From NCBI RefSeq assembly GCF_001194135.2, contig NC_068985.1:17734224-17798223 (forward strand): DNA of 64,000 nucleotides, in the 5' to 3' direction. The DNA comes from Octopus bimaculoides. Lineage: Eukaryota. Made by a program: the position numbers and the translations under genes. The stretch's first letter is position 1. Each line of letters opens with the position of its first letter. Shown piece by piece: positions 38,368-51,865 of the stretch. The notes under the pieces are model-generated. The model searched no databases, was not told where the DNA came from, and was given only the letters and a program-made list of their open reading frames with translations.

Positions 38368-38550
38368 CTATAGTTCTCAACAAACTGTTTTTAGTAGAAA
38401 TAATAATTTAAAAAGTTCTCTGACTGGCATTCACGCAAGAATATTAAGAAAAAATAAATGAAAAAAAGAGAAAAAAAACTTGTATTTACTTCCGAGATCG
38501 TCTGACAAATAAGCAACACAGACCAAGATGACCTGCAATACTTTCGTTCG
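38368..38550 (-). promoter_or_regulatory. Candidate non-coding first exon / promoter of the nuclear receptor gene
   Basis: Minus-strand AG|GTAAGT donor at 38368/38367; ETS-like ACTTCCG at 38489-38495; lies at the CpG-poor/CpG-rich boundary. Confidence 0.45.
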
Positions 38551-40339
38551 CCAAAAGAAAGTAGTATGGCATAGCTACAACACTATTACAATATACATGT
38601 ACGTTACCGATCACAAAAAGTAATTACGAATGTACTGTGATAGTAACGAGAAAGATATTAAAGAATTATAAAACAAATCGTAAAAATATTTTTTTTACCG
38701 TACAAATGGAGCCATCCTAAAGTAAGTCACATGCCGGTGTAAACAGAACTAAGTCCTGACATCATTTTATTTCCGTGCGTAATGATTGACTCATTTCAAT
38801 AGCGAATGAAGTAATCAACTACAATACAAAAGTTATCTCATCGCGAGAACTTTTTCGGGGATGGTGGTGGATTGGTTGAATCGTTAGAGTGTCGCTATCT
38901 ATGATATATGTTCTGGCGCTTAACATTCTGCGTTCAAATCTTACAAAGGCTAATTTTATCATTTATCCCTTCGGGGCCGATAAAATAGATACCAGTCAAG
39001 TAATGATGTCGATTTAATCGAGTAACACCCTCCTCTTAAAATTTCAGATTTTATTCCCATGTTAGAAATTATATTTTAGCTGAATCATGGAACAGACAGA
39101 GAAATAATTAATGGTTTTCATATCAATACANNNNNNNNNNNNNNNNNNNNNNNNNNNNNNNNNNNNNNNNNNNNNNNNNNNNNNNNNNNNNNNNNNNNNN
39201 NNNNNNNNNNNNNNNNNNNNNNNNNNNNNNNNNNNNNNNNNNNNNNNNNNNNNNNNNNNNNNNNNNNNNNNNNNNNNNNNNNNNNNNNNNNNNNNNNNNN
39301 NNNNNNNNNNNNNNNNNNNNNNNNNNNNNNNNNNNNNNNNNNNNNNNNNNNNNNNNNNNNNNNNNNNNNNNNNNNNNNNNNNNNNNNNNNNNNNNNNNNN
39401 NNNNNNNNNNNNNNNNNNNNNNNNNNNNNNNNNNNNNNNNNNNNNNNNNNNNNNNNNNNNNNNNNNNNNNNNNNNNNNNNNNNNNNNNNNNNNNNNNNNN
39501 NNNNNNNNNNNNNNNNNNNNNNNNNNNNNNNNNNNNNNNNNNNNNNNNNNNNNNNNNNNNNNNNNNNNNNNNNNNNNNNNNNNNNNNNNNNNNNNNNNNN
39601 NNNNNNNNNNNNNNNNNNNNNNNNNNNNNNNNNNNNNNNNNNNNNNNNNNNNNNNNNNNNNNNNNNNNNNNNNNNNNNNNNNNNNNNNNNNNNNNNNNNN
39701 NNNNNNNNNNNNNNNNNNNNNNNNNNNNNNNNNNNNNNNNNNNNNNNNNNNNNNNNNNNNNNNNNNNNNNNNNNNNNNNNNNNNNNNNNNNNNNNNNNNN
39801 NNNNNNNNGGGAGAGAGAAGGGGGGCGGGAGAGAGAAGGGGGAAGGAGAGAGACAAAGTGCGTGTGACTATTAGAATGTGCACATGCGTGTACTGTGTTG
39901 CAGTAATCAAGAGTTTTAATATTGATGCGACGGCAGTGTGCTCCAATCAATAAACCACTTCACTTGTCGGATCCTACATATGGTTTGGCGGGGATTTGGG
40001 CCCTAATGTTCTCTGCTACTGACCAGGGTCTATAAGAAGAAGATTCTGCCGTTACATCGGTTTGGAGTTTAGAGAACCTAGGTGAGGATTATGACTAAAT
40101 ATCATAGTCCCCTCAAATTTTGAAAGCACCCACATCCCGTGACCCAAAATCAGCCTCGTTTTGGTTTACCAAATTTCTCTTGGAAGGCTTGCTAATCATT
40201 GCATGCTGGTAATCAATAAAATCGACTCCACTACTTGGCTGGTACTTTATTTTATGGAGTTAACGGCAAAGTTGACATCGCAGGATTTGCAATAAGAATA
40301 TAAAAAACCAGAACAAACACCGCAAATGACCCGCCTATT

Positions 40340-40428
40340 TCGCATCGGTTTTGTCTGTCACGTTCGCTCCGATGAGAAGCAATGTGCTAGAGGTAGAGAA
40401 GGATGAGTGTCTTGGATCGACCGCCATC
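40340..40428 (+). mobile_element. RTE LINE 3' terminal fragment
   Basis: atcggttttgtctgtcacgttcgctcc...gagtgtcttggatcgacc, homologous to 44950-45030. Confidence 0.75.
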
Positions 40429-40876
40429 CTGGTCGTATAACAGACGTTAGTTTCGACAAACTCCTTCATTCTGTCGCAGTTAATCTCTGTTGACTGGCCA
40501 GAGTGAGATGCATCTGCAACCGAAATTTCTCGATAGAAATCTTGAAAATCACTTCTGGCACGCATGTTCCACAACAGTATCTTCATCGCACACTGCATAT
40601 CTCCCCGCAGGTTTTCGCCACTTTCTTGCCCATTCTTTTAAAAAGTAAAATAATTATCATGTGTCGATAATATTTGTTTTGGTTCTCCATTTCCAGATTA
40701 ATCCCAAACACACAAAATAAACCCGTCTCATTGCAAGTTCGCGTCGAATTACGTTGAAGCGTCAAATATATAACGGGTGCACTCTCACAAGAGACAGACT
40801 GAAGTTAGCCATTTATCTGAGTGCTTGAAGTTTAGTGTCTATAAAAATCGAGCTGACTTTTTGACCAACCCAAATA
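40429..40876 (-). mobile_element. Mariner (DD34D) 5' fragment with TIR
   Basis: TIR tatttgggttggtcaaaaagtc at about 40876-40855; MENQNKYYRH...GKKVAKTCGEIC..DEDTV...CQKW...SGQSTEINCD...TTR (ATG at 40690). Confidence 0.8.
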
Positions 40877-41099
40877 TTTCAGTTGCATTTGTAAATACAT
40901 TACGTTTGCATTATTTTATATTTTCACTTTCAAAAAAATTGAAAACATAAAATTGCAGATTTTCAGAAAGTAAAACAATAAAATAACAATGCTTTTATTT
41001 TCTGATATACGAAGGGACTAAGGTGTTCCTTTAGCACTAAAATTATATTCAAACATGATAAAGAGACTTTTGAATCATCATCATCAACTCTTGGACATT

Positions 41100-41345
41100 A
41101 TCCTCTTGAGTTCTATGACGCATGGTGTCGGTTGCCCGGTTTCTATGGTACATAAATGACCGAGATCACAACAATCCTCCTGAACAGTACGCTCGTCCAT
41201 CGCAGGGTTACTCAATGGCAGTTGAGTGAACTGGAGCAACGTGAAATTAAATGTTTTGATTTAGAACACAACGCACCGCTCGGTCCGGGAATCGAAACCA
41301 CGATCTTGTGATCGTGAGCGCAATACTCTAACCACTAAACTCATC
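41100..41345 (-). mobile_element. tRNA-headed SINE (family D-related)
   Basis: tttagtggttagagtattgcgctcacgatcacaagatcgtggtttcgattcccggaccg head. Confidence 0.8.
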
Positions 41346-41621
41346 CGCCTTTTAAATCACTCTGTATATTATCACTGCCGTTGTTTTGTTTGGATATTCC
41401 GCAACAGAATTCAAAAAGTACTAGTTAAGTACTGAGTCGATATTATTGATTGTGCCCTTTTCCCAAGTGCATACGTCAGATATAGATTTTCGACAAAGAT
41501 TCAAACTGTTAACGAACTGTTAAAGTTGTTGCTTATCAGTCTTTGTCATGATACATAATTTCCCTAAATTATTTTTAAAACCTGATCTGTTGAATTGACA
41601 ATCTCTTTCCATCCTCGAAAC

Positions 41622-41876
41622 CAATTGTTCTCAGTCAAAGTACATATGACCCTTGGGGTTCATGGAAGATTTTGTTGTTAAAATTGATGCGCATCAAATT
41701 GGTTATACTTCTTTTATACATAAAATATGAAAAAAAAATTTTATACAATTCCTCATAATATTTAATGATGAAAATATAACAGGAATTTTTAAAGCACCGA
41801 ATGGCTATCAGAGTCCATCTGAGTAAAATAAGAATCAAAGGGACCCATTAGTAATAAAAATAGTTGAGAACCACTG
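41622..41876. mobile_element. Diverged hAT-like MITE
   Basis: caattgttctcag... / ...gttgagaaccactg ends; same right end at 55821-55854; TSD not recognisable. Confidence 0.6.
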
Positions 41877-42899
41877 ATTAAACGTAAGGTATACAATGAT
41901 ATTTCTTAAGTATTGAACTATATGATACAGTAAAGATTATTAGTTACAGATACGACAGGCTTCCAAGCAGGTTCCGCCTACTACATTCCACTCACAACAT
42001 ATTGGCCAATCCAGTAGCAGAAGACACTTGTTTAAGGAGCTGCTCAGAGGGGATTGAATAGGAACTTAACCACATAAATCATAATTTTACTCTGAAAACA
42101 CACGTCATAGTGTTTTCCACTCTTCTAGAGAAATCGTTTGTTGGGACTCGTAACTAATGAGCAATTGTATTCTATTTAGATTGGCCTCTTCTTTAAAGTA
42201 TCAAATACAATAAAATAATATCGTTTTACCATCATATTCTTGCAGAGTATTACTTGAGACTTGGGAGGCTGGTAGAACAGCAACAATTATACTGTCTGTT
42301 TAAATTCCTGCAGTTATTAATTTACCTCTTTTTTTTTATGTTCTAAGTTCAAATCCCACAATGAAGGGTTTGCTTTTCATTCCAATAGTAAGGATAAAAT
42401 AAGTACCAAACAGTGTATTATTTAATTGATAATAATGAGTTAAGTGAAACTACTGCAACCTTACAGTTTGGTACATTGCCAAGAAAGAAAGAAAAAAAAA
42501 AACCCAAATTGCTCTTAACGTTCAACGTTCACTCCTTATACTTGTTATCAATACTCCATATTTTACAGCTTAAAAACAAATCTCTTCTAGGATTACACTT
42601 TTGCTCTTGAATAAACTTGGTGCGAAAAAGAAAAACGAACGTTTCCTAGTTGCTGGCGGGAAGTAATTTCCTCCATGTGTTGTAGGTTGTGTTTTACCAG
42701 TACAACATTTTCACGACTTCTGTCAAGTCATGTTGGGGTTACTGCTTTACGGAACTCGATAGAATATGGGTGTGGAGAGATATAAAAGAATCGTGCTTAT
42801 CGTTTCTTTGGTTGTTTCGGACAGATGACTAGCCAACCACGGTTGTTCTATGATCATGTGGTATCAAATTTATTATTATTTAGTTTGAGGAAGATAAGC

Positions 42900-43340
42900 A
42901 GTCTCTCTCGCCTTTGCAGACACTCCCAGAAGGGTGGGGTTGATGTGGGATATATTCACCTTGAATGTCTGTAGGTTGATGCATGTAAAGAAAAAAATAC
43001 GTGGGCAATGAAAATGTTCTTGTAGCGTGCAGTGGTAAGAAGGCTTGAGCAGTTTGGGAGTGAAACATTAAGGATGATGAAGAAGAAAGGTGTTTAATCG
43101 GATGGATATAACGCCTTTGATGAGGGTGGTAGGCAGATAGTTAGTTCAGTGAAGTAGAAATCGTTTAGTAGAAGATATAGAACAGAAAGAGAGGAATAAA
43201 CAACGCATATGTGAGTGAGTGGTTGTTGCTTGTGTTGATGTGTGGAACTTTGCCAATGAATTGGGAGGTCTGCTTGGCGATGCAGTTCGAAATGATTATG
43301 AATGAAACCGCAGTGACGTTTCAAATATTTAAGAAGCACT
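42900..43340 (-). mobile_element. Decayed CR1/L2-group LINE 3' ORF2 fragment
   Basis: Remnants VV.SSLSVLY, TEL, TARYKNIF, NLQTFKVNI resemble the CR1/L2 C-terminus. Confidence 0.5.
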
Positions 43341-43504
43341 CTAATGTCGGCCGCACTCAGGGTATTTATAGTCTAGGTTTCAGGTGAGAGCCCTATGATT
43401 TATCATCTGACTCTGTAGTGTCTTTGAGGGCGAGAGCTTTATTACGCAATACCTTTAAAAAGCGTATCAGTTGCTTTAGAATAATTATGTGGTTTATTTT
43501 TCTG

Positions 43505-43860
43505 ACAGGTGCTGGCATGGCTGTGTGGTTAAGAAGCTCACTTTCCAACCACATGGTTTCTGGTTCAGTCCCATTGTGCAGTATCTTGAGTAAGTGTCTC
43601 TACTATAGCATTGCGAGTGAATTTGGTAGGTGGAAACTGTATGGAAGCCCGCCATGAGTGTATATATCTGTGTCTAAGCCTTTGACAATCGGTGTTGGTT
43701 TGTTTACGTCTTCGTAATACAGCGGTTCGGCAAAAACGAACCGATAGAATAAATACCACACAGAAAATTAAGTACTGGGGTCATTTTGTTCGACTTAGAC
43801 TTTTTAAGACGGTGCCTTAGCATAACCGCAGTCTAATGAGTGAAAAATGAAAAAAAGATA
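43505..43860 (+). mobile_element. SINE family A, diverged
   Basis: ggcatggctgtgtggttaagaag head to gcagtctaatgagtgaaaa tail. Confidence 0.8.
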
Positions 43861-43910
43861 GCTACGAAAAGACCACCTTGTACAGCTCCCGCTGCTTCTA
43901 CATCGACTAT

Positions 43911-44290
43911 CACCGTCGTCGTTGGCACTCCGTCGCTTACGACGTCGAGGGTTCCAGTTGATCCGATCAACGGAACAGTCTGCTCGTGAAATTAACTGAG
44001 CACTCCACAGACACGTGTACCATTAACGTAGTTCTCGGGGATATTCAGCGTGACACAGTGTGACAAGGCCGACCCTTTGAATTACAGGCACAACAGAAAC
44101 AGGAAGTAAGAGTGAGAGAAAGTTGTGGTGGAAGAGTACAGCAGGGTTCGCCACCATCCCCTGCCGGAGCCTCGTGGAGCTTTAGGTGTTTTCGCTCAAT
44201 AAACACTCACAACGCCCGGTCTGGGAATCGAAACCGCGATCCTATGACCGCGAGTCCGCTGCCCTAACCACTGGGCCATTGCGCCTCCAC
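43911..44290 (-). mobile_element. SINE family D (OR1/OR2-like tRNA head), young full-length copy
   Basis: Head gtggaggcgcaatggcccagtggttagggcagcggactcgcgg...ggtttcgattccc; 11-bp TSD ACATCGACTAT (43900-43910) / ACATCAACTAT (44291-44301). Confidence 0.9.
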
Positions 44291-44322
44291 ACATCAACTA
44301 TATTGTTATCTAAACCTTCTAA

Positions 44323-45222
44323 CCCTTTAGCATGCAGATTACTCTGTCACATTTAATACTTATTAATTCGCATTGTTTTGAATTCATCATGCATGAGAAA
44401 ATCTCCGTTTATCGAGCTGCCTGTGTATCGATCCTCCTGTACGGGTTTGATGCCTTTATCGGCACCAGATCAGGCAACCGGAAACATTCCATATCAGATC
44501 GCTCCAAAGCATCCTCATTTTCACGCGGAAGGACAAAGTGCCTCATGCTGAAATCCTCCTGAAGTCTGAGATCTACAGCGTTGACCCTGCATCCTCCGTC
44601 GTCTTTTTAGCAGGGCCGGGCCATGTAATTCGGATGCCAGGTAACCGACTCTCAAATATGGTCCTCTTCAGCGAGATCAAGATTGGAAGTAAGCCTCATG
44701 GACGTCTAAAACTTCGTTTTCATGATAATATCAAGCGGCCTCGCATTTTATGCAGTGTCCCTCCCAATCAGTTGAAGCTCCTGGTTGTTAATCGGAATGC
44801 ATGGGTGGGAGGGCGTGTCATGCTGGAGTAGAGCGCTTTGGAATCGAACGCAGGAGACTGCATGAAGAGAGGAAGAGACGTCGTCATTAAATCCTTGTGG
44901 CTATTGTTCAGAGTCATTTTCGATGCCCTCAGTTTCACAGGATCTCCCTATCGGTCTTGTCAACCACGTTCGCTCTCATGAGAAGCAATGCGCTAGTGAC
45001 GGAGGAGGATGAGTGTCTTGGCTCGACCCTGTCATCATATTTGACGGACTGTCATAAGCAAATAAGTAAGCATCGCATAGCTTCGAGATTTCGATGATGC
45101 GACTGCTTAGTTTTAGAATGGCATTATAGGACAGGTGTGAGGTGCCAACCAACCTTGGCCGCTATATACATAAAATAGGTAGAATATTTGGGCCAGAAAT
45201 GTTCAGTTTAAACTCTAAAGGG
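44323..45222. mobile_element. piggyBac-like MITE hosting an RTE fragment
   Basis: Termini CCCTTTAG / CTAAAGGG; degenerate TTAA-like flanks (ctaa / tcga). Confidence 0.65.
44395..45070 (+). mobile_element. 5'-truncated RTE LINE 3' end
   Basis: KISVYRA.CVSILLYG; GHVIRMP.NRL..VLFSEI..G.KPHGR.KLRFHDNIKR; IGLVNHVRSH zinc-knuckle; (TAAG)n tail. Confidence 0.88.
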
Positions 45223-45954
45223 TCGAGCCATCTGCTATATTCTCACTTTCCACTGTTTTATTCTTGGCACACTGTCCTTGGCCAGTTTTTCTTATTAAGT
45301 TCAAGCATCACAAACCATTTCAAAAGACCTCAAAAACAATCTTATTAAGGAGTCTTAATATGGTCGATCCACCTGCAAGAAATAACTGTGAAATCTATCT
45401 GAAATCAAAACGGCTTTCATTTTATAGAAGAAAGAACACACTCGAAGGGCTGGATGATTAATGTAGTTCTAAACATTAACCCTTAAATACGTGATGGCTA
45501 TATATGAAATACTTTTGATCGTAGGTTTTATCACACGGAGCTGACCAGGGGTTGCTTAACCATCACCACAAAACCAACAAAGACAGTAAATGTTACTTTT
45601 CCTCACCATATAATTATTTAAAATTAACATTTTAATACTCATCTCATTAAATATAATAACAGTAACTCAACTATAGTAGTTATTTTTCACGTAGATGGGA
45701 AGTCTGAAAAGCAATTTTTCTGACTGATTATTTATTTTGCATGCAATAAAATATAGTTATCAGAAATTATTAACGACGGAAGTAGTATTAATATCAAAAG
45801 GTAATCTTTATATCCAGCTTAACATGGATGTCTTGTTAGAACACCAAATACTGTGTTATAATGAAAACGTATATATTTACCTACTTTATTATCTACTACA
45901 CAAGTACGTTTCTTTCTTTTTTTCTGATTCATGAAAACACTGGAAAACCATTTA

Positions 45955-46560
45955 CAGTACCGTGCAAAAGTCTTCGGCCACATTAAGCTACAGTAAATTT
46001 CTACTAATTACCAACTTTCACATTACTGTACATTGCTAATATTTCGTGTGGCTTCCCATAGCTTGGATAATTGTTTCAATGCACCTAGGAAGAGATGCGT
46101 ACAAATCCTTCGTCTTCACAAGTATGAGATGCCATCGTCTGTGACTGAGCTCCCGCAACTCTTCAAGATTGTGCGGATTCTTCGGACGAACACTTCTCTT
46201 TAGTTCTGTCCACATTTGCTCGATGATATTTGAGTCAGCGCTCTGAGCTGTCCAATCTTTCAATACGGTAACACGTCCATCAGCTAGACTGTTGTGTTGC
46301 ATGCGATCTGTGGCATGGAGCTCCATCATGCTGAAAAATCTCACCTTCATCCAAGTCTGGTATCAAATTGTCCTTCAGCAACTAGATGTATTTGGCACTA
46401 TTCAAGTTACCGTCAATTTTAATCAACTTTCTCGAACCATCACTTTTTATGTATTCCTAAAGCATCAGACTCATACACCCAAACTTCACTGTTTTCGTTG
46501 TGTAATGTGGGTCGTTTCGCTTTCTTGGAGGCCTTCTCACAAATTCTCGTACCCTATGTG
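45955..46560 (-). mobile_element. Tc1 (DD34E-type) 3' half with TIR
   Basis: TA|CAGTACCGTGCAAAAGT terminus; IFQHDGAPC; W.AQS.DSNIIEQMW.ELKR; SLPRCIETII.AMGSHTKY. Confidence 0.88.
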
Positions 46561-46561
46561 G

Positions 46562-47545
<984 letters not shown>

Positions 47546-47574
47546 ATACATACATATATACATACATACATATA

Positions 47575-48040
47575 TTGGGTTGGCAACTAAGTTCCCGCTG
47601 TTTTTTCAAGTTTTGGAATCTATTTTTTTCGAGAATTCTATTTTTGAATCATTTTGGAATCTATATTTTTTCTAGTTAATTTTAGTTAATTTTTGTTTAT
47701 TTTCAGATCATTAAAATGGAATGTCAAGTTAAGAAAGGCGAGTATTTTCGACACCTCCTTTTTGCTGCACGACAACGACCGCTCTCATATCACTAATATG
47801 ACCAAGGAAGCCATTCAAACACATGGCTGGGAAGTGCTGTCACACTCGCTGTACTCTCCTGATTTGGCACCAACGGATTTCCACCTTTTTCTATCTCTTT
47901 CAAATGTTATGCGCGGAGCTTCGTCCAATGCTGATGCAGAATTGAGAGCTTGGTTGGATCAATTTTGCGGGTCGAAATCGGGTGATTTCTACCAACGAGG
48001 TATTGAAAATCCTGTTGAATGTTGGGAAGAAGTTGTAAAC
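47575..48040 (+). mobile_element. Mariner (DD34D) with a large internal deletion
   Basis: TA|TTGGGTTGGCAACTAAG TIR; MECQVKKGEYFRHLLF (ATG 47716) joined to LHDN.RSH...WEVL.H..YSPDLAPTDFHLF...WEEVVN. Confidence 0.88.
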
Positions 48041-48790
48041 ATCTCCATAAGTTCGGTCTTGTGAGCAGATGCTGCCGAGAAGCTTCTCGTGAATTGACCA
48101 ATAATCAGGCTCAACAACAAATGAACATCTTGAAACTACTGGCAAATCCTCAAGATGCTCGTTTTTGGTGTCGAATTATAACCGAGGATGAAAAAAATCC
48201 TAATAAGAGAAATCAGCGGCTTCGTTCAGGCCAGGCTTCAAAAGCTTATGTCAAATGAGGATGGTTTGAACAGAAGGTCATTTTGAGTGTATGGTGGAAC
48301 TTCGATGGCTATGATGTGAACACTAACCTTTATGTTCAACGACTGCAGCAAATATATGATGCTTTGAAAGTTCGCAACCCGGCATTGGTCAATCGAACAC
48401 GTGCACTCACGCAGCATGACAATGTTCCAACAGACACTGCGAATATGATCGAACACAAGCTTGAAGGGCTGAAAGTGCTGCCCTACCCTGCCTACAATCC
48501 AAACCTTGTACCATCGGTTTATTACCTTTTCCGAGCCATGGCTCATTTCCTGCAGGGAGGAATGTTCAACAATGTGGATGAGGTTGAAAACGAATGCAGG
48601 AAGTTTTTTTTTTGCCTCCAAACAAGCTAAATGGTATAAAAGTAGAATTGAATTGATGGCACCACGATGGCTACAGACAATAGTATATGAAGGGATATAT
48701 TTTGATGAATAAACGCTTTTCGTGTTTAGTTTGTTTGAACTGTTAATTAAGTTTGAAATAGGAAGAAAAAACTTTTGACTCAATCAGATA
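48041..48790 (+). mobile_element. Second, different mariner (5'-truncated) with 3' TIR
   Basis: LHKFG..S; RIITEDEK; VWWNF; QHDNVP; PAYNPNLVPS.YYLFR; WLQTI.YEG.YFDE; TIR-like acttttgactcaatcaga|ta. Confidence 0.85.
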
Positions 48791-49140
48791 TATATGCGCA
48801 GTATAGCTGAATGTTTAAACAGTTCGCTTCGCGTGGTATCTTGGGCAAATGTCATTTCCTATAGCCTCGAGTAGACCCATATCTTGTAAGCGAAATTGGA
48901 TGCACGAAAAGTGTATAGAAGTTTGGCGGGTGGTATAGCCTTGTTATACACTGTATCGCGCTGATTTTGCCGGAGAATTACACGGTAATTCAGGAGCAGA
49001 TTATTCAGTTGATCGAGCAACTGAATGTTCATCGCGAACGACGGAGAACCAACATCGTTATATATATATATATATATGTAACCTCGTGGGCATCGGTGCC
49101 GATTTTTTCTTCCTCCGTTTTTCCATTCTTTGAACTTTCC

Positions 49141-49177
49141 GTCTTTCCGACGAAGGGCTCCGCCCGAAACGTCATAC
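49141..49177 (+). ncRNA. Hammerhead-like motif (CCGACGA core variant)
   Basis: TTT-CCGACGA-A-GGGC-tcc-GCCC-GAAAC-GTC/ATA; helix I weak. Confidence 0.55.
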
Positions 49178-49358
49178 TTTCTCTTTCCTTTCCCGAGCGT
49201 CTAATAACACTATCCGTATCACGTCCTCACTTTGTTGTTTTTTGTTATTGTTTTTTGAACTTATATATATAATGGATTTACAAATACAATATTCCTACAT
49301 TCACTCTCTATTTCCTATCTTATCTAAACTAACTATTGCTTAACCATCCTCTCACACC

Positions 49359-49406
49359 GTCTCCGATGAAGGGATATAATAAATATCCTGGAAACAGCTG
49401 TAAGAC
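49359..49406 (+). ncRNA. Type-I hammerhead motif (CCGATGA core variant)
   Basis: GTCT-CCGATGA-A-GGGATAT-aataa-ATATCCT-G-GAAAC-AGCT-GT-A/AGAC; helix I GTCT/AGAC perfect. Confidence 0.7.
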
Positions 49407-49641
49407 CTATTTATAAATGTTCTATATTATACACAACCTTGGTTTTTTTTATTTTTTATCTCATTACAAAAAGTAAATCCGGCATACTATTCCTTTCAGC
49501 CATTTCTGAAGATTGCCGGAGTTGATTCTAAAGTTTTGGTGTGAAACCAATTGGTAATTTGGTATAATAATAATATTTCCACTTAGTTACGCAGTACGTA
49601 ATATGAGTGCTTGTTTTTTTTTTCTGACTGATGGATTTTAG

Positions 49642-49679
<38 letters not shown>

Positions 49680-49688
49680 CAGATGTCT

Positions 49689-49750
<62 letters not shown>

Positions 49751-50751
49751 CACACACACACAATGTTGATATTTTCGAAAGCAGCTGGTGATTAATCCAA
49801 AACTCATTCGGGTCGTTGCAGCATTAAGATACTGTTGACTTTGTCTTCTTACAGTATATAGTGCCCCGAGTTTAACTACCATAACAGCTATTTACAGAGA
49901 CGAACCGTCAACTTCTTTCGTCCGGCAAATCTAATATCTGGTTCACTTGTTTCGCCGTAAATCACCGAAAACAACAAATTAACCAGGAGAAAATAATATA
50001 AATATACAAAATACCCATCGTTCGTGAACCTTTAAATGATTTAAAGTGTTCTCGTTCTCAAAATAACAGTTAACTTTTCACCAGCATCTACAACGCTTCG
50101 GACAAGCACTGATAAATACAAACTGAAGGTTAGCTTGACCGCAAAAACTAGATGCAGGCAGCTTGTAGGACTATTTTTAGTACAAAATGTACATTGCCTT
50201 GGTGGATCAAAAATTGAGAAAAATACAAAAATAAAAAAAATTTGCAGTAATTTATTTAAATTGATTCTTTTGAATTTGGTAAATTACCAAAGTACGAGAC
50301 CCCACATTAGTGTTTAACGCATCGAAATATGAATATTATGTTAAACATCAATAATAACCCATTTTTCGATCACTATTATTAATTAAATTGAGCCAATTAA
50401 GAGAGTTACTTCGTGTTGCCGTTTTGTTTATATGCCACTTATGAAGTAGCTACTTGTTTTTGTTTGTTGTAGCCGTCAAAAACATACTTTTGTAATAGCA
50501 TATCATTATTATTATTATTATTATTATCATTATTATTATTATATGTGTTTTCACTTATTGGCAAGTTTCACTCGCGCTTAAACGACCTAAAACATTTTCT
50601 GTCCAATGAAATTAAAAATAAGAACAAATATCTCGGTCAGATCGCGTAATTTTCATCCTTTACTTCATCTCCTCACTTAACTATTTTCCAACTTCGTGTA
50701 TTTATTTCTACATTTGTAGACATAAATAAAACACAGGTTCTTTCACATACT

Positions 50752-51665
50752 AAACACGCACACATACGTACGTACATACTAAACACGCACACATACGTAC
50801 GTACATACTAAACACGCACACATACGTACGTACATACTAAACACGCACACATATGTACGTACATACATACACGCACACACGTACGTACATACATACACGC
50901 ACACACGTACGTACATACATACACGCACACACGTACGTACATACATACACGCACACACGTACATACATACATACACACGCACATACGTACGTACATACAT
51001 ACACACGCACATACATACATACACACGCACATACATACATACACGCACACACGTACGTGCATACACACACACGTACGTGCATACACACACACGTACGTNN
51101 NNNNNNNNTTAGATGCATACGCACATACGTACTTAGATGCATACGCACATACGTACTTAGATGCATACGCACATACGTACTTAGATGCATACGCACACGT
51201 ACGTACATACATACACGCACACACACACACACACACGTACATACATACGTACGTACACATACGTACGTACATACATACACACGTACGTACATACATACAC
51301 ACACGTACGTACATACACACACGTACGTACATACACACACGTACGTACATACACACACGTACGTACATACACACACGTACGTACATACACACACGTACGT
51401 ACATACACACACGTACGTACATACACACACGTACGTACATACACACACGTACGTACATACACACACGTACGTACATACACACACGTACGTACATACACAC
51501 ACGTACGTACATACACACACGTACGTACGTACATACACACACGTACGTACGTACATACACACACACACATATACATACGTCCATACATACATACACACAT
51601 ATACATACGTCCATACATACATACACACATATACATACGTCCATACATACATACACACACACACA
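50752..51665. repeat. Compound CATA/CGTA/CACA minisatellite with successive unit types (about 28, 24, 18 and 30 bp)
   Basis: taaacacgcacacatacgtacgtacatac x3-4; ttagatgcatacgcacatacgtac x4; acacacgtacgtacatac xn; catatacatacgtccatacatacataca x3. Confidence 0.92.
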
Positions 51666-51774
51666 TATACATCATTTTATATTGAAGGGATTAATTTAGA
51701 ATTGTACGAATACATGTTCATATTTTTAAAACTAAACGGAGACAAATTATGTATGAGAAAAAAAAAATCAAGAA

Positions 51775-51865
<91 letters not shown>

